From Candidatus Bipolaricaulia bacterium (GTDB taxonomy: Bacteria > Bipolaricaulota > Bipolaricaulia > JBHIAT01): a DNA stretch of 20,553 nt. Where the stretch lies: positions 1 to 20,553 of the forward strand of contig JBHIAT010000052.1 of NCBI GenBank assembly GCA_046758705.1. The letters are read 5' to 3'. Each line of letters begins with the position of its first letter. The stretch's first letter is position 1. This document shows positions 1 through 5,548 of the stretch, piece by piece. A program made the translations under genes and the position numbers. Below the pieces are notes generated by a model that saw only the letters and a list, made by a program, of their open reading frames with translations, did no database searches and was not told where the DNA came from.

Positions 1-186
1 GTTGCAAAACTTGACCCGATAAGGAGGGGATTGTAACTTTACTTCAAGTCCAGCCACGCAAAACTGGACCGAAGCTTGCAAAACGTGACCCGACGAACAG
101 GGGATTGAAACTACGTCGTGTCCAGCGTGTAGTCGATCTGGAGCTGTACGTTGCAATGGGCGACCCGATGAAGAGGGGATAGCGAT
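1..186 (+). CRISPR. Degenerate CRISPR array fragment: 3 repeats of 37 nt (1-37, 75-111, 150-186) and 2 spacers (38-74, 37 nt; 112-149, 38 nt)
   Basis: Repeats are GTTGCAAAACTTGACCCGATAAGGAGGGGATTGTAAC, CTTGCAAAACGTGACCCGACGAACAGGGGATTGAAAC and GTTGCAATGGGCGACCCGATGAAGAGGGGATAGCGAT. Period is a regular 74-75 nt, and repeat 2 has the ATTGAAAC 3' end typical of class 1 repeats. No cas genes are in the window, and the array may continue beyond position 1. Confidence 0.85.
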
Positions 187-214
187 AGCCAAAGCCAAGC
201 CTAAAAGGAAGCCG

Positions 215-493
215 TTGCCCGACTTCGAGAAGATGAGTTTGGGAGAGATCGCCGAGTTTTGGGACACTCATGACTCAGCAGATTATTGGGACCAGATGGT
301 AGATGTGACCGATCAGATCCGCTTCAAGCGCCCCACCGATAAGATCGTATCAGTGCGGATCGCGGAAGAAGATCTCAAGCAGCTCAAGCAGATCGCACAC
401 GAGAAGGGGCTGGGACACACAACGCTCATCCGCACCTGGATCAAGGAGAGGCTGCACGAGTTGCAAGCGCAGAAAGGCGGACCATCAACGTAA
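215..493 (+). CDS. CopG/BrnA-like antitoxin (type II TA, C-terminal RHH), no cognate toxin adjacent
   Basis: EIAEFWDTHDSADYWD motif followed by an RHH-like VSVRI...LKQIA..KGLGHTTLIRTWIKERL. The frame extends upstream to ATA at 185 (AKAKPKRKPLP), so the start is uncertain (185, 215 or 233). Confidence 0.8.
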   Translation: MPDFEKMSLGEIAEFWDTHDSADYWDQMVDVTDQIRFKRPTDKIVSVRIAEEDLKQLKQIAHEKGLGHTTLIRTWIKERLHELQAQKGGPST

Positions 494-502
494 AGTCCAG
501 GG

Positions 503-539
503 CTTGCCGCGTCTGATCTGATAAATAGTGGATTGAAAG
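503..539 (+). CRISPR. Fourth, highly degenerate CRISPR-like repeat downstream of the antitoxin gene
   Basis: CTTGCCGCGTCTGATCTGATAAATAGTGGATTGAAAG aligns ungapped to repeat 1 at 23/37 positions. It has the same length and keeps the TTGC start and GGATTGAAA end. Confidence 0.6.
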
Positions 540-625
540 TTATCGACATGTCGATATTCGTTATTGAACATTGAAATTAAGATAACTAACCCCTGCAAGG
601 AGATACGGATACGAACGACAGATGC

Positions 626-654
626 TTGACCTCTCACCCGATTGAACATATACT
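626..654 (+). promoter_or_regulatory. Sigma70-type promoter of the TA operon
   Basis: TTGACC (626-631) - 17 nt - TATACT (649-654). Confidence 0.65.
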
Positions 655-663
655 AGATATGCT

Positions 664-685
664 TGGTATGACCAAATTCATACCA
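664..685. promoter_or_regulatory. Inverted-repeat operator, likely for antitoxin autorepression
   Basis: Perfect 8-bp inverted repeat TGGTATGA-ccaaat-TCATACCA between the -10 box and the RBS (GAGGAGG) of the RHH antitoxin. Confidence 0.65.
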
Positions 686-697
686 TGAGGAGGGATC

Positions 698-961
698 ATG
701 GCATCTCAAACGGTTAAGGTTGCAGTGAGTTTGCCCAAAGAGGAGTTCCAGGCGGTGGAGCAGTTGCGCAAGCAGCTTGAGATCTCCCGCAGTGCTCTCA
801 TCACTGAGGCTATCCGCTACTGGTTGAACGCTAAGCAGAAGGAAGAGGAGATTCGCCACTACATCGAGGGCTACCAAAGATATCCGGAGACTGCGGAAGA
901 GATCAGCGAAGTCGCCACCATCGCTCAGAAGACCCTGATGGCAGAGGAGTGGGAGGAGTGA
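698..961 (+). CDS. Ribbon-helix-helix (CopG family) antitoxin
   Basis: KVAVSLP...ISRSALITEAIRYWL RHH pattern, acidic C-terminus, strong RBS. Its stop overlaps the toxin start (GTGA). Confidence 0.85.
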   Translation: MASQTVKVAVSLPKEEFQAVEQLRKQLEISRSALITEAIRYWLNAKQKEEEIRHYIEGYQRYPETAEEISEVATIAQKTLMAEEWEE

Positions 962-1272
962 AGCGAGGTGAAGTCTGGTGGGCAGATATCCCACCACTCG
1001 TAAGACGTAGACCCGCGGTGCTCGTCTCCCGCGATGAAGCATATCGCGTTCGGGCTCTGGTGACGATTGCTCCTGTGACCACCCGGATTAGGGGCATCAA
1101 AGTGGAGGTGGAGTTAGGGCCAAAGGATGGGCTGCCCCGCAAGTGTGTCGCTAACTGTGACAGCTTGGCCACCATCCCCAAGGCTTGGTTACAGAGCCGG
1201 ATCGCGATGCTGGATGTAGTCAAGGTGCAGGAGATCAACGAGGCGATTAAGTTTGCCCTTGATCTGCCTTGA
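958..1272 (+). CDS. mazF: MazF/PemK family endoribonuclease toxin
   Basis: MKRGEVWWAD, RRPAVLVS, VTIAPVTT and final INEAIKFALDL motifs. GTG start at 958 is coupled to the antitoxin stop. Confidence 0.9.
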   Translation: MKRGEVWWADIPPLVRRRPAVLVSRDEAYRVRALVTIAPVTTRIRGIKVEVELGPKDGLPRKCVANCDSLATIPKAWLQSRIAMLDVVKVQEINEAIKFALDLP

Positions 1273-1291
1273 AACGGAGAGGAGGTAGGCG

Positions 1292-1981
1292 ATGCGACGC
1301 CAACAGCTGGCGCAGATGATCGATCACACCCTAATCGGTCCCGAGACCTCGGCCGATGGCATCCGCAGACTTTGTAAAGAAGCAATCCAATATGGGTTCG
1401 CCTCTGTCTTGGTCAACCCCCGCCATGTAGCATTGGCGGTGGAACAGGTCCGCGAGCATCCGATCAAGGTCGCGACCGTTATCGGGTTTCCTCAAGGGGC
1501 GAATGCCGCCGCAGTCAAGGCGTTCGAGGCGCGGATCGCACTCGATGACGGGGCTGAAGAGCTTGACATGGTCATCGACATCGCGGCCCTCAAGGCGATG
1601 GACTACCGGGCTGTTCTCAACGAAATCCACGCAGTTGGTGAGGTCCTGGAGAAGCGACCGGCGGGCGGTGTGCTGAAGGTCATCCTGGAGACGGCGTTGC
1701 TGAGCGACGAGCAGATCGTGGCCGGGTGCATCCTGGCGGTCGGCGCCGGGGCCGATCATGTCAAGACCTCGACCGGCTTCGGTCCGGGTGGGGCGACGGT
1801 CGAAGCGGTCCGGTTGATGCGAAAGACCGTCGGAACGGAGTTCGGTGTGACGGCGGCCGGGGGAATCCGAGACTACGAGACCGCCGTCCAGATGATCGAT
1901 GCAGGGGCGACCCGGATCGGGACGTCCTCGGGTGTTGAGATCATCGAGGGTGCACCCGAACCCGAATCGTCGAGCGGTTAA
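1292..1981 (+). CDS. deoC: Deoxyribose-phosphate aldolase homologue with atypical active site
   Basis: IDHTL, VIGFP.GA, GAEELDMV, LKVILET, VKTSTGF, AAGGIR and GATRIGTS motifs, with RBS GGAGGT. The second catalytic Lys position is Thr. Confidence 0.88.
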   Translation: MRRQQLAQMIDHTLIGPETSADGIRRLCKEAIQYGFASVLVNPRHVALAVEQVREHPIKVATVIGFPQGANAAAVKAFEARIALDDGAEELDMVIDIAALKAMDYRAVLNEIHAVGEVLEKRPAGGVLKVILETALLSDEQIVAGCILAVGAGADHVKTSTGFGPGGATVEAVRLMRKTVGTEFGVTAAGGIRDYETAVQMIDAGATRIGTSSGVEIIEGAPEPESSSG

Positions 1982-2057
1982 GCCAAGGCAAGGAGCTGGC
2001 TCTAGAAATAACGGTTGGTAAGAGGCGTTAAGACCAGAAGTTGGGCAGGAAACTGGG

Positions 2058-2189
2058 TCAGCGGGTGAGGTACCAATTGTCGAAGAGCATCAGGATCAAT
2101 AAGAAGGCGAGGAGAGCGAAAAAGACGATCGGGGAGTATGGCTCCACCGTCTCCCAGATCTGCTTCAGACTCTCTATTGGGGTATCCAT
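2058..2189 (-). CDS. 43-aa single-pass membrane microprotein (not in ORF track)
   Basis: GGGGAGGT RBS 6 nt before ATG. Translation MDTPIESLKQIWETVEPYSPIVFFALLAFLLILMLFDNWYLTR has one clear hydrophobic segment. It lies 37 nt downstream of the PilX-like copy A stop, on the same strand. Confidence 0.65.
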   Translation of the reverse strand: MDTPIESLKQIWETVEPYSPIVFFALLAFLLILMLFDNWYLTR

Positions 2190-2226
2190 CTCTTGACCTC
2201 CCCAGAGAGATCTTCACTCGGCCGGT

Positions 2227-3351
2227 TCAAAGCTCTTTCCACGATATCCTCTGCAGGTCCGCATCGAAATCGATCCCCGTGAGCCCGATCTCCTCTAACC
2301 TGGCCGTCAGATTAGTATCATGGGTCACGGTCACATCCCCCTGCAGATCGACGCCGAACCCGACCAACACCCCGTAGATCTCGGGCGTTCCGCTTGACGC
2401 GATCTCGATCGCGCTCTCCGGCGCATAGATCGCCCCACGAATCTCGGCGGTCCCCCCGACGCTCACGTCGATGGTCACGCTCCCCGACCCTATGATGTAG
2501 ATGACCAGCGAACAGTTACCGGAGTCGGAGATGTCCATCGCATCGGCACAGCGGCCGAGCTCTGCGCTTCCTGAGAGTTCCATATCCCCGCTCACGAACA
2601 GCTGGACGTCTCCGTCGATGATGATCTCCTTGTTACCGGTTAAGTCGATCGCATCGTAGAGGTAGGTGGTCGCCGTGTCGGGATCGCCGTTGGTATCGGA
2701 AAGAGTGATTGTTGAGCTGAGGGTCTGACCGCTGTTATCGAAATCGTAGGAAGCAGGCTCGACGACCGGGGGGAGTGTCGACAACAGCCGGGTATCCCCG
2801 TTGATGGTGACATTGCCGGCCGTTTGGATTCCCCCGTCATAATCGGCAACGACCGCGTCCGAGAAGAACCGATCGGCAGCCGAGAAGGCTGCGAACATGA
2901 TCTCCTTCAGTATCCGCTCCGTCTGCCGAAACTCATTTCGGGAGAGGATATAGTAGACATCAGGCTCCAGCTCGACGACGAACACCTCAGCACCGCTCAC
3001 CTGATCGTCGAGGTCGGGGATGCCTTCGTTCGCCAACAGGTAGCCGGAGATCTGATACTCAGGGGGAACCCAATCTGGAGCGTTGACCTGCGCCGAAGTG
3101 AATTCGCCCTGTTGGGAGATGATGTACCCTTTAGCACGCTGGATACCGGATTCGGCGTTGTACAGGGTCTGTTCAAAGTCCTGTATCAGGGTGCTGTACC
3201 GCTGACTGTCAACAGAGATCTGCAGGTAGCCGTTGTTGACCAGCGTGATGATCAGCAGGGCGAATAAGGTGATGACCAGCACCGACCCTCGTTCGCCCCG
3301 TTGCCCGCTAAGATGCCTCCGTCTCAGCCCGTTCCACCCATGCATGTGCAT
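2227..3351 (-). CDS. PilX-like minor pilin / pilus assembly protein, copy A
   Basis: Basic leader, then ERG^SVLVITLFALLIITL class III signal without Glu5. PilX-N motif TLYNAESGIQRA, Gly/Asn/Thr-rich beta-repeat C-domain with GAIYAP, terminal WKEL, RBS GGAGGT. Confidence 0.8.
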   Translation of the reverse strand: MHMHGWNGLRRRHLSGQRGERGSVLVITLFALLIITLVNNGYLQISVDSQRYSTLIQDFEQTLYNAESGIQRAKGYIISQQGEFTSAQVNAPDWVPPEYQISGYLLANEGIPDLDDQVSGAEVFVVELEPDVYYILSRNEFRQTERILKEIMFAAFSAADRFFSDAVVADYDGGIQTAGNVTINGDTRLLSTLPPVVEPASYDFDNSGQTLSSTITLSDTNGDPDTATTYLYDAIDLTGNKEIIIDGDVQLFVSGDMELSGSAELGRCADAMDISDSGNCSLVIYIIGSGSVTIDVSVGGTAEIRGAIYAPESAIEIASSGTPEIYGVLVGFGVDLQGDVTVTHDTNLTARLEEIGLTGIDFDADLQRISWKEL

Positions 3352-3493
3352 AGCGCACCTCCATCAAGCGGTGTGGTCGCGCTGAAGCCCGTTCCAATTC
3401 AGCTTTAGGAGTCGAATCGGTCTGGGCCTGCAATAGTGGGTTGTACGGCTGACTTGTGAAGGCCTGACTGTGCTCAGAAGTTAAACTGTGCAT

Positions 3494-3584
3494 CGTCCTT
3501 CGGCAGCCCAGCCACCCTCGGCTTTACGTTAGGGCCTGTGGCTTTGTGCCCCTCCCTTTCGGAAGGTTTACCCGTTCAGGACCG
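3494..3584 (-). ncRNA. c-di-GMP-I (GEMM-I) riboswitch aptamer A3, gene-proximal
   Basis: Minus strand reads GTCCTGAACGGGTAAACCTTCCGAAAGGGAGGGGCACAAAGCCACAGGCC...GGTGGCTGGGCTGCCGAAGGAC. It shows a GAAA-capped P2, the CAAAG junction and P1 GTCC/GGAC. Confidence 0.85.
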
Positions 3585-3587
3585 ATT

Positions 3588-3677
3588 GACACCTCCTTCG
3601 GCAGCCCGGCTATCCGTTTGGATCCGTGGCTTTGCGTCCCCACCTTTCGATGGGTTTGCCTTTGTCGTGGACGTGTC
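3588..3677 (-). ncRNA. c-di-GMP-I riboswitch aptamer A2
   Basis: Minus strand reads GACACGTCCACGACAAAGGCAAACCCATCGAAAGGTGGGGACGCAAAGCCACGGATCC...TAGCCGGGCTGCCGAAGGAGGTGTC. This is the canonical GGCAAACC...GAAA...GACGCAAAGC...GCCGAA consensus. Confidence 0.92.
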
Positions 3678-3706
3678 TTAGGGGTTTACCGAATGGAGTG
3701 AAAATT

Positions 3707-3796
3707 GACACCTCCTTCGGCAGCCCGGCTATCCGTTTGGATCCGTGGCTTTGCGCCCCCACCTTTCGGTGGGTTTGCCTTTGTCGTGGACGTGTC
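3707..3796 (-). ncRNA. c-di-GMP-I riboswitch aptamer A1
   Basis: Near-identical copy of A2 (GGCAAACCCACCGAAAGGTGGGGGCGCAAAGCC...GCTGCCGAA) with extended P1 GACACGTCC/GGAGGTGTC. Confidence 0.9.
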
Positions 3797-3812
3797 TTAG
3801 GGCTTCACTTTA

Positions 3813-3818
3813 ATTATA
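3813..3818 (-). promoter_or_regulatory. -10 box for the riboswitch/PilX-like copy A transcript
   Basis: TATAAT on the minus strand 16 nt upstream of aptamer A1, conserved at the same position in unit B. No consensus -35 at 17 nt. Confidence 0.5.
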
Positions 3819-3893
3819 CCCTAAAAGTCAAACCTTCATACTTGAACGGGCTAACTGAGTGGATCGCCTCGGAGAGATCTTCACTCGACTGAT

Positions 3894-5003
3894 TCACAGC
3901 TCTTTCCAATCGACCCGCTGCAGCTCCGGACCGAAATCGATCCCCACGAGCCCGATCTCCTCCAACCTGGCCACCAGAGCAGCTTCGTAGGTCACTGTCA
4001 CATTCCCCCGCAGATCATCGCTGAACCCGACCAACACCCCGTAGATCTCGGGCGTTCCACTCGAGGACACGATCGTGGTCTCCGGCGCATAGATCGCCCC
4101 ACGAACCTCGGAAGTCCCCCTGATGGTCACGGTCCCCAACCCCAGGACGTAAATGATCAGCGAACAGTTCCCGGAGTCGGAGATGTCCAACGCATCGACA
4201 CACCGGCCGATCCTCGCATTTCCTCCGATGGTCACATCCCCGTTCACGAACAGCTGGACGTCTCCGTTGACGATGACCTCGTCGTTGCCGCTTAAATTGA
4301 TCGCATCGTAGCGGTAGGTCGTCGGCCCGTTGGGATTGGTATCGGAGAGAGTGATTGTTGAGCTTGGGTTAAGGGTCTCGCCACTGTGATCCTCATCATA
4401 GGGGTTGGGCGCGGTGATTGGAGAGAGTTGCGGCAACAGCTGGGTAGTCCCGTTGATAGTGGTATTGCCGTTCGTTTGGATCCCTCCGTCATCATCGGCG
4501 ACGACGGCGTCCGAGAAGAACCGATCGGCAGCCGAGAAGACCGCGAACATGATCTCCTTCAGTATCCGCTCCGTCTTTCGAAACTCATTTCGGGAGAGGA
4601 TATAGTAGACATCAGGCTCCAGCTCGACGATGAACACCTCAGCACCGCCCACCTGATCGCCGAGGTCGGGGATGCCTTCGTTCGCCAACAGGTAACCGGA
4701 GATCTGATACTCGGGGGGAACCCAATCTGGAGCGTTGACCTGCGCCGAAGTGAATTCACCCTGTTGGGAGACGATGTACTCTTTGGCACGCTGGATACCG
4801 GATTCGGCGTTGTACAGGGTCTGTTCAAAGTCCTGCATCAGGGTGCTGTACCGCTGACTGTCAACAGAAATCTGCATATAGCCATTGCTGACCAAGGTGA
4901 TAATCAGCAGGGCGAATAAGGTGATGATCAGCACCGACCCTCGCTCGTCCCGTTGCCCGCTAAGATGCCTTCGCAACAGCCCGTTCCACCAATGCATGTA
5001 CAT
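3894..5003 (-). CDS. PilX-like minor pilin / pilus assembly protein, copy B
   Basis: Paralogue of 2227-3351. Start placed at ATG 5003 (MYMHWW) from the AGGAGGT RBS and alignment to copy A, rather than at 5102. Confidence 0.8.
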   Translation of the reverse strand: MYMHWWNGLLRRHLSGQRDERGSVLIITLFALLIITLVSNGYMQISVDSQRYSTLMQDFEQTLYNAESGIQRAKEYIVSQQGEFTSAQVNAPDWVPPEYQISGYLLANEGIPDLGDQVGGAEVFIVELEPDVYYILSRNEFRKTERILKEIMFAVFSAADRFFSDAVVADDDGGIQTNGNTTINGTTQLLPQLSPITAPNPYDEDHSGETLNPSSTITLSDTNPNGPTTYRYDAINLSGNDEVIVNGDVQLFVNGDVTIGGNARIGRCVDALDISDSGNCSLIIYVLGLGTVTIRGTSEVRGAIYAPETTIVSSSGTPEIYGVLVGFSDDLRGNVTVTYEAALVARLEEIGLVGIDFGPELQRVDWKEL

Positions 5004-5149
5004 CAGGCACCTCCTGAGATTCAGCGGTGTAGTTGTACAGAAGCCCGTTCCAATCGAGCTTTGGGAGTCGAATCGGTCTGGGCCTGCAATGGTGGGTTGC
5101 ACGGCTGGCCTGGGAAGACCTGAGTGTGCTCAGAAGTTAAACTGTGCAT

Positions 5150-5240
5150 CGTCCTTCGGCAGCCCAGCCACCCTCGGCTTTACGTTAGGGCCTGTGGCTT
5201 TGTGCCCCTCCCTTTCGGAAGGTTTACCCGTTCAGGACCG
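5150..5240 (-). ncRNA. c-di-GMP-I riboswitch aptamer B3, gene-proximal
   Basis: Same sequence as A3. Confidence 0.85.
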
Positions 5241-5243
5241 ATT

Positions 5244-5333
5244 GACACCTCCCTCGGTAGCCCGGCCATCCTTGTGGATCCGTGGCTTTGCGTCCCCACC
5301 TTTCGGTGGGTTTGCCTTTGTCGTGGGCGTGTC
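5244..5333 (-). ncRNA. c-di-GMP-I riboswitch aptamer B2
   Basis: Minus strand reads GACACGCCCACGACAAAGGCAAACCCACCGAAAGGTGGGGACGCAAAGCCACGGATCCACAAGGATGGCCGGGCTACCGAGGGAGGTGTC, the canonical consensus. Confidence 0.92.
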
Positions 5334-5348
5334 TTAGGGATTCACTGA

Positions 5349-5401
5349 GTGGCTTTGCATCCCCACCCTTTCGATGGGTTTGCTTTTGCCGTGGATGTGT
5401 C
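5349..5401 (-). ncRNA. Truncated c-di-GMP-I aptamer B1 (5' half only)
   Basis: Minus strand reads GACACATCCACGGCAAAAGCAAACCCATCGAAAGGGTGGGGATGCAAAGCCAC, then homology stops. P3 and the 3' strand of P1 are missing. Confidence 0.7.
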
Positions 5402-5417
5402 TTAGGGCTTCACTTTG

Positions 5418-5423
5418 ATTATA
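5418..5423 (-). promoter_or_regulatory. -10 box for the riboswitch/PilX-like copy B transcript
   Basis: TATAAT on the minus strand, positionally equivalent to 3813-3818. Confidence 0.5.
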
Positions 5424-5472
5424 CCCAAAAAAACCAAACCTCTATACCTGAGCGGAGTTGTCAGGGCAACTG

Positions 5473-5501
5473 TTGACAAACAGGGGTTGACAGGGTATAA
5501 T
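5473..5501 (+). promoter_or_regulatory. Consensus sigma70 promoter of the ArsR-rhodanese operon
   Basis: Perfect TTGACA (5473-5478) - 17 nt - TATAAT (5496-5501). Confidence 0.8.
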
Positions 5502-5519
5502 TCAAGGAATCTATTGAAT
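5500..5519. promoter_or_regulatory. Probable ArsR-family operator
   Basis: Inverted repeat ATTCAA-N8-TTGAAT overlapping the -10 end and predicted +1, directly upstream of an ArsR-family gene. Confidence 0.65.
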
Positions 5520-5548
5520 ACTATAGAGGGGAGGCCATTGTCAATCTC

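Larger units (their letters stand above)
2205..5435. repeat. Tandem direct duplication of a ~1.65 kb promoter + riboswitch + PilX-like unit (about 2205-3830 and 3872-5435)
   Basis: GAGAGATCTTCACTCG recurs at about 2205 and 3872. The 5' halves of the genes are near-identical and the proximal aptamers are identical (offset 1656). CTTAGGGCTTCACTTT.ATTATACCC recurs at both right ends. Confidence 0.9.

Noticed and set aside
128-143. Spacer 2 segment GTAGTCGATCTGGAGC matches the PilX-like copy A coding strand (about 2964-2979) at 14/16, suggesting self-regulation
   Set aside because: The match does not extend on either side, and one hit of this quality is roughly what chance gives in a GC-rich 20 kb window.
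564-577. ATTGAACATTGAAA as the end of a fifth CRISPR repeat
   Set aside because: It is only about 38 nt after repeat 4, off the 74-75 nt period, and the rest of the repeat is absent.
2002-2217. 71-aa minus-strand ORF from the track
   Set aside because: The overlapping 43-aa frame (2058-2189) has the strong RBS and a coherent transmembrane segment, and this one has neither.
3588-3600. AAGGAGGTG Shine-Dalgarno-like sequence in the 3' P1 strand of aptamers A1 and A2
   Set aside because: No start codon follows at a usable spacing, and P1 pairing with GACACGTCC explains the sequence.
3494-3800. Repeats at 3.5-3.8 kb and 5.15-5.4 kb as a second CRISPR array, REP elements or DGR template
   Set aside because: Units are about 90 nt, match the c-di-GMP-I consensus and lack regular spacers. 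No reverse transcriptase is present, and PilX differences are not adenine-restricted.
3626-3892. ORFs over the riboswitch stacks (3626-3892, 3308-3493, 4885-5337, 5124-5348, 5282-5476)
   Set aside because: They are translations of the aptamer repeats or leader, with no recognisable protein features.
5004-5102. N-terminal extension of PilX-like copy B given by the ORF track
   Set aside because: The RBS and alignment with copy A place the start at 5003.
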